From Alphaproteobacteria bacterium (lineage in GTDB: Bacteria > Pseudomonadota > Alphaproteobacteria > Paracaedibacterales > CAITNM01): 64,000 bases of DNA. Each line of letters begins with the position of its first letter. The stretch's first letter is position 1. The notes under the pieces are model-generated. The model made no database searches. It was given only the letters and a program-made list of their open reading frames with translations, and was not told where the DNA came from. Below are positions 30,701 to 40,000 of this stretch, piece by piece. The translations under genes were made by a program, and so were the position numbers. Location: positions 22,300 to 86,299 of the forward strand of contig JBAXJB010000001.1 of assembly GCA_037138055.1 (NCBI GenBank). Reading direction: 5' to 3'.

Positions 30701-30792
30701 CAAATTATTTGTTGCGCTTTGTGCATGAGCGTACATTCACTCAAAATATTACCGCATGTGGTGGAAACACAACTTTGTTAAGCAGTATATAG
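27778..30792 (+). CDS. putA: bifunctional proline dehydrogenase / L-glutamate gamma-semialdehyde dehydrogenase PutA (no N-terminal RHH domain)
   Basis: About 1004 aa. The PRODH barrel (FDMLGE, VKGAYWD, YGMG) is followed by an ALDH domain ([19 protein letters not shown]). I prefer ATG 27778, preceded by GGAGAAAG, over TTG 27766. Confidence 0.95.
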   Translation: MFIPTFATIELSHLWNQLEKQYRTNETSAVEHLLKKYESMSSYHKFAAKKAHEIINHLRKNKLSPLRIESLLQTYRLSTQEGLALMCMAEALLRIPDNCTKSKLIRDKLGLGTWKNIDEVTWVERLANFSLSQTSKFLSFGTSGSVFSHIPGLIRRFGEPLIRQIMVKIIHTMGHQFVAGETIEIANSKKGNDLYSFDMLGEAVKTKEDARRYFDAYLNAIEALKGQSGDIVEKSSISIKLSALHPRYELLKRDSVKSELGETLLKLCQAAKDAEIMLTVDAEETDRLELSLEIIHDVYTHDSLKGWGGFGLAVQAYQKRAHVVIDWLVLMAKTAGERMHIRLVKGAYWDSEIKWCQERGLSDYPVFTQKAHTDLSYLVCAEKILNASPLIYGQFATHNAYTAAFVLEMAAQKAVTKFELQRLYGMGESLYEHIHARHRIYGPVGVYKDLLAYLVRRLLENGANSSFVHQIYDLQLPAESLVKSVSAQCKETHNNPHPKIKIPAEMYGVYRRNSKGDDLSSYDFLKHIHKLINSYSLKDAPEVLGADQLKKLLSHADQSQNGWEKIGVENRARIIEKIGDLLDEKRDELIQILCVEGRKTVSDCIAEIREAIDFCYYYANQARQLLDSPIELPGPTGELNNLSYHARGVFVCIAPWNFPLAIFLGQAIAALITGNTVLAKPSHQTPRIGLFATELAHKAGVPKDAFQFMHCNGVDVSEYLLTDSRVKGVVFTGSTDTAIRINQTLAGRQGSIVPLIAETGGMNAMIVDSSALHEQVVTDVISSAFQSAGQRCSALRVLFIQEDVADDLLHMLSNAMSDLEVNETWNLSTDVGPLIDNAAKENLENHILYLNSLEKTGHAKNIYTCSAPDHGNFFGPELWEIESINLLKEEVFGPVVHVVRFKADDLEKVFCQINDTGYGLTMGIHSRLESTIATAERLAKVGNLYINRNMIGAVVGVQPFGGEGLSGTGPKAGGPNYLLRFVHERTFTQNITACGGNTTLLSSI

Positions 30793-30797
30793 GCATC

Positions 30798-31520
30798 ATG
30801 GATATTATTTCTCGTTTTCGTTCTTATTGTTTTGATGTATTTTTTTATGTCTTTACAATTTCGCTATTTATTATTTTATGGGTTCCTGTAATCATTTTGC
30901 CTAGGTGGTGTTGCGTTCTTTGGTACAAAACCTGGACACATATAATCATGTTTTCTTTGAAATTAATCGTGGGGCTTGATTACAAAATATTAGGTCAAGA
31001 AAAATTAGACGAAGCATTAAAAAATGGTCCGGTAATTTTAGCTTGCAAGCATCAATCTGCGTGGGAAACTCTGATTTTTTCAACCCTTGTGAAACGCTTT
31101 GTCATAGTTTTAAAAAAGCAATTAACACAAATCCCAGGATACGGAAGCTATCTAGTAAAATTAAATAGTATAGTTATTGATCGATCAAACGGCATGAAAT
31201 CATTGAAATCATTGATAAGCCAAGGTAAAAAATCTATCGATAATAATTTTTCAATCCTGATCTTTCCAGAAGGGCGACGCGGAGCTTATGGTCAGCCAGG
31301 AAACTATCAGTCAGGTATTGGTATTTTATACCAGGAACTTAATGTTACTGTAGTGCCCATTTCCCTAAATTCCGGAAAATTCTGGGCTCGACGTTCTAAA
31401 TTTAAAAAACCAGGATGTATTACTTTAGAATTTTTAGATCCTATTCCAGCGGGATTACCTAGAACTGAATTCATGCAGCTTCTTCAAGAGCGTATTGAAT
31501 CGGGCTGCGCAAAACTTTAA
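30798..31520 (+). CDS. plsC: 1-acyl-sn-glycerol-3-phosphate acyltransferase
   Basis: Contains CKHQSAWE (HX4D/E block) and FPEGRRG. I chose ATG 30798 (MDIISRF...) because the track start 30756 overlaps putA. Confidence 0.85.
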   Translation: MDIISRFRSYCFDVFFYVFTISLFIILWVPVIILPRWCCVLWYKTWTHIIMFSLKLIVGLDYKILGQEKLDEALKNGPVILACKHQSAWETLIFSTLVKRFVIVLKKQLTQIPGYGSYLVKLNSIVIDRSNGMKSLKSLISQGKKSIDNNFSILIFPEGRRGAYGQPGNYQSGIGILYQELNVTVVPISLNSGKFWARRSKFKKPGCITLEFLDPIPAGLPRTEFMQLLQERIESGCAKL

Positions 31521-31527
31521 GCAAAAG

Positions 31528-32877
31528 CTACGCTTTTTGACCAATTCTGTGATATTTGAATTCTGTCATATCTTTGGCTTGATATATGTTTCTAAAATCC
31601 ATAAACAAAGGAATCGCAGATGTATTCATTAGTTCACGAATTTTTTTCATATCAAGAGCTCTAAATTCATTCCATTCAGTTAATATGACAACGCAGCCAG
31701 CATCAGCGACTGCATCATAACTAGATTTAGCAAAACGCACTTGTTCTAATGACTGTTCACAATTAAAAGCATGTCCTAAGCGTTCACTGCCACAGTAATA
31801 AAGTGGGTCGTAAACTGAAAGTGTCATACCATTTTTTAGAAGTTCAGGAATAATAGTTAAACTAGGCGCTTCTCTTAAATCATCTGTATTTGGCTTAAAG
31901 GTGATGCCCAAAATTGCCACTTTTTTGTTTACGCCAGCAGTCTTTATGGCATCAATAATTTTATGTGCCATAAGTAATTTTCGATTGTCATTGTAGCGTA
32001 TGACTTCATCAATTAAGGAGCACTTGATTCCATGCTGTTCAGCAATTTGGCTAAGCGCTAGTGTATCTTTGGGAAAGCACGATCCACCATATCCAGGTCC
32101 GGCATGCAAAAATTTTCCACCAATTCTTTTATCTAGGCCAATTCCTTTTGCTAATGTCTGAATGTCTCCACCTGTTTTTTCACACAAGTCAGCCATTTGA
32201 TTTATAAAGGAAATTTTTAAAGCCAAAAAAGCATTGGCAGCGTACTTAATTAATTCAGAAGTCTCAGGAGTTGTTGAAACAATAGGGGTTTCAATTAAAT
32301 ACAGAGGCCTATAAAGCTTTTGTAAAACTTCACTGGCTTTTGTGCTATTCGTGCCTATTACCACACGGTCTGGTCGCATGAAATCATTAATAGCGGCCCC
32401 TTCTCGTAAAAATTCAGGATTAGAAGCTACATCAAAAGAAACACCTTCAATTAATTCAGGCCTGATTTTTTTTATAATTTCAGCAATTTCGCGAGATGTT
32501 CCAACGGGTACTGTCGACTTGGTTACCACAACTGTATAGCCATTGATGAATTCAGCAATTTCTTCTGTAGCTTTGTATACGTAGGTTAAATCGGCATAGC
32601 CATCCCCACGTCTTGTAGGGGTTCCCACTGCAATCATGACAACATCAGATGCTTTTACTGTGTCGCTTAATTGGGTAGTAAAGGTTAATCGTTTTGCTTT
32701 TATTCCTTGGCTTACTAAAGAATCAAGACCTGGCTCATATATTGGAATTATTCCTTGATTAAGTGCGTCTATTTTTGCTGTATCTTTGTCCACGCAAGTA
32801 ACTTCAAAACCAAATTCAGCAAAACACGAGCCGCTTACAAGGCCAACATATCCAGCACCAACGATTGTAATTTTCAT
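31528..32877 (-). CDS. ugd: UDP-glucose 6-dehydrogenase
   Basis: 449 aa. Contains MKITIVGAGYVGLVSG and GGSCFPKD (catalytic Cys). Overlaps the upstream GT2 by 1 nt. Confidence 0.93.
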   Translation of the reverse strand: MKITIVGAGYVGLVSGSCFAEFGFEVTCVDKDTAKIDALNQGIIPIYEPGLDSLVSQGIKAKRLTFTTQLSDTVKASDVVMIAVGTPTRRGDGYADLTYVYKATEEIAEFINGYTVVVTKSTVPVGTSREIAEIIKKIRPELIEGVSFDVASNPEFLREGAAINDFMRPDRVVIGTNSTKASEVLQKLYRPLYLIETPIVSTTPETSELIKYAANAFLALKISFINQMADLCEKTGGDIQTLAKGIGLDKRIGGKFLHAGPGYGGSCFPKDTLALSQIAEQHGIKCSLIDEVIRYNDNRKLLMAHKIIDAIKTAGVNKKVAILGITFKPNTDDLREAPSLTIIPELLKNGMTLSVYDPLYYCGSERLGHAFNCEQSLEQVRFAKSSYDAVADAGCVVILTEWNEFRALDMKKIRELMNTSAIPLFMDFRNIYQAKDMTEFKYHRIGQKA

Positions 32878-33746
32878 TATTTATCCATTATTTGCTTTAA
32901 TAAATCTGCCACAAGCCCAAAACACATAATGATTAGGCATATTAGAAGTCCACCAATTCCCAACAAGAATCCACTTTGTAGACCAAAGAAAATTGATGCA
33001 CAAAAACCAATTACCGAACAAGCAAAGCAAAAAAGTGAAAAAAGTAAAAATATTTTTAAAGGGTTATAATAGGTCACTGCTTGAATGATATATTGCAGAG
33101 TTCTTAGTGAATCAGAAAAAAGTTTTACTTTTGTTTTTCCTTCTCTAGCATGATAAATGATATCAGTATATTTTACGGTTTTCCCCGTCATCATATAGGC
33201 AAGTGTTATTGAAGTTGTAAAACTAAATGTCTCGCAAAGATGCTTGAAGTAATTTTTTGCCGTTTGTTTTGAAAAAATTCTAAATCCGGAATTTATATCT
33301 GGAATTGAACGTCCTGCGGTAAATTCAACCAAAAATCTTAAGATTTTACGTAAAGGGGATTTTATAACTGATTCTTTATAGAATTTTCCTGTTCTTGCGC
33401 CAACAACCATATCAAACCCTTGATTGTATAGTTTTAGCAAATCGCCCACCCTTTCAAATGGATAGGTTAAATCACAGTCAATAATCACAATAGTGTCGAA
33501 AGTAGCCGCATCAATTCCGTCTTTTAGTGATCTGCCGTAACCCAAGTTATGCGGGTGCCTTACAACTTTTATAAAATCAGAAGTGTATTCTTGTAGTTTA
33601 TCAAAAGTCTTATCTTCAGATCCATCATCTACTACAACCAATTCCCATGGTCCGAGATTCAAGTCACTTAAGGTTTTTTGAATGTGCTCTACTGTTTGCT
33701 TAATAGCATTTTCTTCATTGAAAGCTGGAATTACTATACTAAACAT
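32877..33746 (-). CDS. GT2 glycosyltransferase with two C-terminal TM helices (ArnC/GtrB/RgtE-like polyprenyl-phosphate glycosyltransferase)
   Basis: 289 aa. Contains VIPAFNEE, VVDDGSEDKT, IIDCDLTYP (DxD), and the C-terminal LKIFLLFSLFCFACSVIGF...GLLICLIIMCFGLVADLL. Confidence 0.85.
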   Translation of the reverse strand: MFSIVIPAFNEENAIKQTVEHIQKTLSDLNLGPWELVVVDDGSEDKTFDKLQEYTSDFIKVVRHPHNLGYGRSLKDGIDAATFDTIVIIDCDLTYPFERVGDLLKLYNQGFDMVVGARTGKFYKESVIKSPLRKILRFLVEFTAGRSIPDINSGFRIFSKQTAKNYFKHLCETFSFTTSITLAYMMTGKTVKYTDIIYHAREGKTKVKLFSDSLRTLQYIIQAVTYYNPLKIFLLFSLFCFACSVIGFCASIFFGLQSGFLLGIGGLLICLIIMCFGLVADLLKQIMDK

Positions 33747-33756
33747 TTTGTCTTCC

Positions 33757-35649
33757 TTATAAATTCCTACTGCTGATTTCCGTAAACTTACTCATCCATA
33801 GGCTCAGGCAGAATAAACCAAAAAGCTTATAACTACAATCTGCTCTTTGTTCATTGTGATTTTTCCATAATTCTAATATTTGGTTCTTATCAAACCATTC
33901 TCTCATCATTGGGTTGTCAATAATTTGATCAATTACATCCTGGTTCATCCACTTCGAAACAGGCGAACTGAACCCACCTTTTTTACCGTATATAATAGAA
34001 TTAGGTAGAATTTTTTCTTGGCTCTTTTTAAAAAGATACTTTGTCCGCAGGCCATTTATTTTGTATTTAGTTGGTAATCTAATAATCCATTCCGCAAGCT
34101 TATGATTCAAAAATGGAGCTCTAACTTCTAAAGAATTCAGCATACTCATGCGATCAACTTTCACTAAAATATCATCAACCATCCATGTTTTCATATCGAC
34201 ATAAAAATGCTGCTCCATTTTATCGCAGCCCTTCACTTCATCGTAAAATTTGCTGAAGCTATCAAAAGGATTAAGGTTTTGCACGTTGTTTTTATAGGCG
34301 TCATTAACAATACTATTTTTTTCTGCGTCAGAAAAAATTGTTCTCCAGCTGTAATGCGCTTGCTCGGCAGATAGCCCTAGTCCTTTGGTGAATTGTTTTA
34401 TTTTATAATCCAATGAAACTTTATTGAAACTGACGGGAAGCTGATTTGCAATATTAACCAAAGTGTTTTTAAAAGGAAGGTGCTTAAAAACACTATGCAA
34501 TCTATCCGCACGATAAGTTTCATAACCACCAAATAGTTCATCTCCTGCATCTCCTGATAAGCATACTGTGGCATGCTTGCGCGCAAGTGAAGACAATGTA
34601 TACATAGGAATCATTGATGTATCAGCAAATGGTTCATCAGAACATTCAACAATTCTTTTTACAAAGTCTGCATTCTCTGTGGGCATAATTTCCCAAAAAT
34701 GCTCAATACCACTATGGTTAGCTACCATCTTAGCTTTATCAAGTTCGTCATATGACTTATCTTTAAATCCGATTGTAAACGCTTGTATATGTCTACTGCT
34801 TTGTGATTTCGCCATAGCGGCTGCCATTGCTGAAGAATCCATTCCTCCACTTAAAAACACACCTAATTGAACATCCGAAAGAGAGCAATCCTTTACAGTA
34901 TCAGCAAAAATCATATTAAATTGTTCAATTAAATCCGATTCGGAAAGACTCCATTTTGGTGCATAGAAAGATTCCGCTAATGACCAATAAGGCTTTGTTA
35001 CAGGGGATTCATTTTTTTTGAAAACTATATAATTTGCAGGAGCTAGTTTGTGAATATTTTCTAAAATACATTGATCTGTCAGAATATAGTTTAACGATAA
35101 AAATTGCGAAATAGCACTAGGATTAATAGATTTCGGACACTGAGGGTGCTCAAGTAATCCTTTAAGTTCCGACGCGAAAACAACTCCATTGTTTGGCAGT
35201 TTAAAATAATAAAGGGGTTTTTCCCCAAACCTGTCTCTAACTAAATAAAGCTCTTTTAATTGGCTGTCCCACAAAGCAAAAGCAAACATGCCCTCAAAGT
35301 GTGATAATGCATCAACTCCCCAATGACTCCAGGCAATTAAAATAACTTCGGTATCACTTTGAGTTTTGAATTGATAACCAATTTGAGTAAGAGTATCTCT
35401 TAATTTTTTAAAGTTATAAATTTCTCCGTTAAAGGAAATAGTGTATCTATTTGAAAAATCATGCATAGGCTGGTTTGCTGCATTAGATGTATCTTGCACA
35501 GATAATCGACGATGCCCTAATGAAATATTTTCATTAACCCAAACTCCATAAGCATCAGGCCCTCTATGGGCTATAGCTTCTGTCATCTTTTTTAAAATAT
35601 TTGGATCTTCGTTACCGCCCCATGATAAAATGCCTGCTATTCCGCACAT
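33757..35649 (-). CDS. asnB: asparagine synthase (glutamine-hydrolysing) family amidotransferase
   Basis: 630 aa. Contains the MCGIAGI Ntn nucleophile and FLSGGMDSS PP-loop. It is embedded in a glycan operon, so a role other than Asn synthesis is plausible. Confidence 0.88.
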   Translation of the reverse strand: MCGIAGILSWGGNEDPNILKKMTEAIAHRGPDAYGVWVNENISLGHRRLSVQDTSNAANQPMHDFSNRYTISFNGEIYNFKKLRDTLTQIGYQFKTQSDTEVILIAWSHWGVDALSHFEGMFAFALWDSQLKELYLVRDRFGEKPLYYFKLPNNGVVFASELKGLLEHPQCPKSINPSAISQFLSLNYILTDQCILENIHKLAPANYIVFKKNESPVTKPYWSLAESFYAPKWSLSESDLIEQFNMIFADTVKDCSLSDVQLGVFLSGGMDSSAMAAAMAKSQSSRHIQAFTIGFKDKSYDELDKAKMVANHSGIEHFWEIMPTENADFVKRIVECSDEPFADTSMIPMYTLSSLARKHATVCLSGDAGDELFGGYETYRADRLHSVFKHLPFKNTLVNIANQLPVSFNKVSLDYKIKQFTKGLGLSAEQAHYSWRTIFSDAEKNSIVNDAYKNNVQNLNPFDSFSKFYDEVKGCDKMEQHFYVDMKTWMVDDILVKVDRMSMLNSLEVRAPFLNHKLAEWIIRLPTKYKINGLRTKYLFKKSQEKILPNSIIYGKKGGFSSPVSKWMNQDVIDQIIDNPMMREWFDKNQILELWKNHNEQRADCSYKLFGLFCLSLWMSKFTEISSRNL

Positions 35650-37016
35650 GACTTCTTACTTTGTTGCAGCATGTAAGGAAAAATCTTGGTCATGAAAATC
35701 ACAATCACTGCAAAAAGAAGAGTGCTTGTATAGTACACATAGCGTGTTAAAGGTGGCTCAAAAAGGCAAACCAAAGCAGAATTCCCAAGGTGCATAAGAG
35801 CTGAGCTAGTTAATGCTAAATAAAGAAAATCTATTTTTTTGCGTTTATATGAAGCCACTAAGCAGCAAAATAAAATAATGAAAAGGAAGAAACAATAACT
35901 ATATCCTCCCATTCCTCTCATTGTATCTTTTATATAATAAATAGCAGAAGCAACGAAGTTAGCTTGTGTAAGCTTAATCCCCATTATTAATGCATTATGA
36001 TCAATAATTTGCATGACTTCAAAGCTAGTGTGGTTTTTATTGAATTTTTTATCTAAAATATCTTTTGACCAAATTTCCCCCCAGATTTTTGAAGAAATTC
36101 GATGATACATAGTATTGTAAAAATATTCGTAAGCATATAGTTCTTTAGCTGGTTGATCTAGGCTGGTTATATCATTTTTTTTGAATTCTTCTATTGCTTC
36201 AAGCAAGAATTGCTTTTGCTGAGGGTCCTCAATACTTTTTAATGCGCTACTGGATATAAGAAATAAAGGACGCATTAAAAATTGTGTTCCGGCAAACGGA
36301 GTTCCAGCAAAATGTCCATGATAAATTTTGTGATAACTTTTTTCAGCAATGAAAAAAGAACATAAAGATAATGCAGAGGCTAAAAATACTTTACTAGAAA
36401 TTTTTACGTTCTTTTCGAAAATCATCATGTAGGTTGCATAGATAAAAGCAACCACATAAAAAAAGACAAATTGTTGCCGTGTGAAGCATAATAAAAAAAG
36501 AAAAGTGACGAATAAGATAGTGTTTTTCGTATCCTTATAAGCTAGCACTTTAAAAAATGACAGTGATGCTAGTAGAAATAATGGGTAAGCAATGCTCTCA
36601 CTAATTATGTTGAAAGCTGATACATGTGTGGCAAGTGGAAATAAGAAAATTCCTACAAGTGCTACATGCAAATAAAAATTCAAATTAAAAAAAGTTCGCA
36701 GGAAGTTTGTGAGGAAATATATGGCTCCTAACGAAAATAAAGTCTGAAAAATAGCCAAATATTTAAACACATTTTCCTTAAAAAGAAATTTGAAAAAAGT
36801 AATAATTAACGGGTACATACCTATTCTTAATATGCTGTTGTTTTCATAAGAACCAGTATCAGGAGAAAAAATTGGATCATTATTCAAAAGAAAAACAATA
36901 GCTAGAAGAAAAACAAAGAAAATACCTTTATCTTTTGTGATTTTAGAAAACATGTCTATCATTAGCGCTCGTGTAACTATTTCTGGAATTATCAACGTAT
37001 TTAGACAAAACATCAA
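35637..37016 (-). CDS. orphan polytopic membrane protein (possible GT-C-like glycosyltransferase or polymerase)
   Basis: 459 aa, about 11-12 hydrophobic segments by eye. The first loop is NNDPIFSPDTGSYENNS. A charged soluble insert of about 120 aa (SIEDPQQKQFLLEAIEEFKK...DTMRGMG) precedes the last three helices. It overlaps asnB by 13 nt. No family assignment was possible, and the start is uncertain. Confidence 0.55.
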   Translation of the reverse strand: MMFCLNTLIIPEIVTRALMIDMFSKITKDKGIFFVFLLAIVFLLNNDPIFSPDTGSYENNSILRIGMYPLIITFFKFLFKENVFKYLAIFQTLFSLGAIYFLTNFLRTFFNLNFYLHVALVGIFLFPLATHVSAFNIISESIAYPLFLLASLSFFKVLAYKDTKNTILFVTFLFLLCFTRQQFVFFYVVAFIYATYMMIFEKNVKISSKVFLASALSLCSFFIAEKSYHKIYHGHFAGTPFAGTQFLMRPLFLISSSALKSIEDPQQKQFLLEAIEEFKKNDITSLDQPAKELYAYEYFYNTMYHRISSKIWGEIWSKDILDKKFNKNHTSFEVMQIIDHNALIMGIKLTQANFVASAIYYIKDTMRGMGGYSYCFFLFIILFCCLVASYKRKKIDFLYLALTSSALMHLGNSALVCLFEPPLTRYVYYTSTLLFAVIVIFMTKIFPYMLQQSKKSCAE

Positions 37017-37024
37017 ATACTTAT

Positions 37025-40000
37025 TTACATGCTTCGTAATTGCCTAATTACATAATCTAGCAACAATAGATACTGACTAGAATCTGCAGCACTTGCTATA
37101 TGTTTTTTAAGCTGATCATAAAGTTCATTATATATTGCAAGCCTTTCGTTATTCCAAGCTTGTTGGCATAAATTTGCAATTACTTGAATTAAATCGTGCT
37201 GAAGCAATAACCATGAGGCGGTTTGCCAAGAAGTGGTGGGACTAATTGTTTCAGCCCATTCCCATAAATATGACAGGTTTAATTTTTGATAAACACTGTC
37301 TATATTTTGGATATCAATTTCCCCACGATGACTAACCTGATATGTAAACAATACTGAAAAGGGTATTTTTGTTGGCTGTGAAGATTTTATTTGTGCAGCA
37401 AAAATATGTTGAGGTGATGACAGGCGAACCATTACACATTGAGCAAGATTCTGTGTTAACCGGCGTAACGCATCAAGAGTTTCTTCTTTATCATGATTGA
37501 AAGTTTTGTAGTTTTGTAATTGTTCATGAAAACTAGTTTGTTCCAACACTTCTACAAATGCTCTTACTACTTCTAAAGAATCAACTCGGAATGCTTCTGA
37601 CATTTGCCCAACAAAACAGGGGCCCATTGTGTTGATGACTAAGTTTGCAAGAACAGTAGCTGTAATTTCCACCTTTAAAGGATGATGTTTCAAATAGTCT
37701 TTATATTCTGTTTGAAAGCGCTTTGGAAAATATTCTATGTAATATTTTTCACCAAAGCACGCTGTATATTGTAAGGCATGCAGCATGTCTTGATACAAAT
37801 GAATTTTTGAGTAGGCAAGTAAAACAGCAAGCTCTGGTCGTGTTATCCCAAGGTGTTGATTTTTACGTTGTTGCAGTTCTTCATCTGACGGAATATTTTC
37901 AACTTCTCTTCGAAGTGGCAAATTAGCACTTGTTTCAAGTTTCTTAATAAGAATGGAATAGGCATTAATATCAGTCATTGATTCTTGCTGCATGCGCGTT
38001 AACGCTAAGGTTTGCATCCAGTTATCATACAAAACTAATTCACTTACTTCATTGGCCAAGCTGGCTAGCAATTCATCACGTTGATTGTTGTGAATAGCCT
38101 TTTTTTGCAACAGGACTTGGCACATGATTTTTAAGTTTACTTCATGGTCAGAGCAATCAACACCTGCTGAATTGTCAATCGCGTCTGTGTTAATACGTCC
38201 ACCATTGAGGGCATACTCTATACGGCCTAATTGCGTTAATCCAAGGTTGGCTCCTTCACCAATGATCTTTGCTTTAATTATACGTGCATCGACGCGCACA
38301 GAATCATTTGCCCTATCTGCAACTGCTGTATGACTTTCAATTTGTGATTTTATAAATGTTCCAATTCCTCCGAAAAATAGTAAATCAACTTGCGTTTGCA
38401 AAATCTTGCTTACTAATTCATCCGGAGAAAGCTCAGGTACATCTATATTAAAAACATTAGCTACTTCTGGGGTGATTTCTATAATTTTTGCTGATCTATC
38501 ATACACGCCACCACCTTTGGAAATTTTTGATAGGTCATAATTTTCCCAAGCGCCAAGCGAACTAAATAACCTTTGTCTTTCGCCATAGCTTATTTCAGGG
38601 TTCGGAGTCGGATCTAGAAAAATATGTTTATGGTTAAATGCTGCCATCAAACAAATTTTCTGTGATTGCAGCATGCCATTTCCAAACACGTCACCCGCCA
38701 TGTCACCTACGCCTACCACTGATATAGGGGTATTTTGGCAATCAATACCCAACTCCCAAAAATGTCTACGTACAGCAATCCAAGCACCACGGGCAGTTAT
38801 GCCTAACTTTTTATGGTCATACCCATTAGAGCCACCTGATGCAAAAGCATCTCCTAACCAAAAACTTACTTTATTTGAAATTTCATTCGCTATATCAGAA
38901 AAGGTTGCTGTTCCTTTATCTGCAGCTACTACTAAATATTGATCGTCATCATCATACCGTATCACTTGCTGAGGCGGCCTAATCTGATTTTCTACCAAGT
39001 TATCAGTGAGTGATAGCAATTGCTCAATAAATAGCTTATATGAATTTACAACAATAGTTTTAAGGGTTTGATCAGAGCATCCTGATTCTTGTAAAGCGTT
39101 GTAGTTTTTAACAACAAATCCGCCTTTTGAGCCAACTGGTACAATGACTGAATTTTTAACCATTTGGGCTTTCATTAATCCTAGAACTTCTGATCTAAAA
39201 TCTTCAGGGCGATCGGACCAACGAATTCCTCCTCGAGCAATTTTTCCGCCACGTAAATGACAACCTTCTACCGTTGGAGAATAAACAAAAATTTCAACGA
39301 GTGGTGATGGCTTTGGAATTTCAATAATCATGGTTGAATCAGCTTTGAAACTCACGCAATGAGGTGCGCATCCAGTTTGAAATGCAGTCGTGCGCAACGT
39401 TGCCTGAATAACATTTTGAAACCTGCGCATAATGCGATCATGATCAAGACGCTTAATAACGGAAAATGACTGAAAAATTTTGACCTTTAAATTTTCAAGT
39501 TCTAATAATCTTTTTTCGTTAGAGATGCCAAGAGAAAACATCTGATAAAAATATTTAACTAATAATTGTGTTATAGATGGATACGCAACCAAACAATCAG
39601 CTAAAGCTTTCTGGGAATAATTAAGGCCTAGCTGTTTTAAAAAGCGTCCATAGGCTCTTAATATTATAATTTCTTTAAAATCAAGATCACAAGAAACAGT
39701 TAGTGCATTAAAGGGGTCAACTTCTATTAGTTCTGCCCATGCTTGCTTTAAACCTTCAACTAACTTTTGAAGAGTAGAAGCAGGCAATTCTAAATCATTT
39801 AAATTAGAAATTTCATAGTAATGCATCCATATTTTTTGACCGTTTATTTCAGCAAAAAATGTGCGTTCTGCTTGTATATTTAATTGAAAATTTGTGAATA
39901 TTGGGATTATTTGTCCCAAAGTCAACGGAGTATCTTTCTGGAGCACTCGAATAGTTCCAGTGCCATTATTTGTTATGGTTTCAAAGTAGATAGCTTCATT

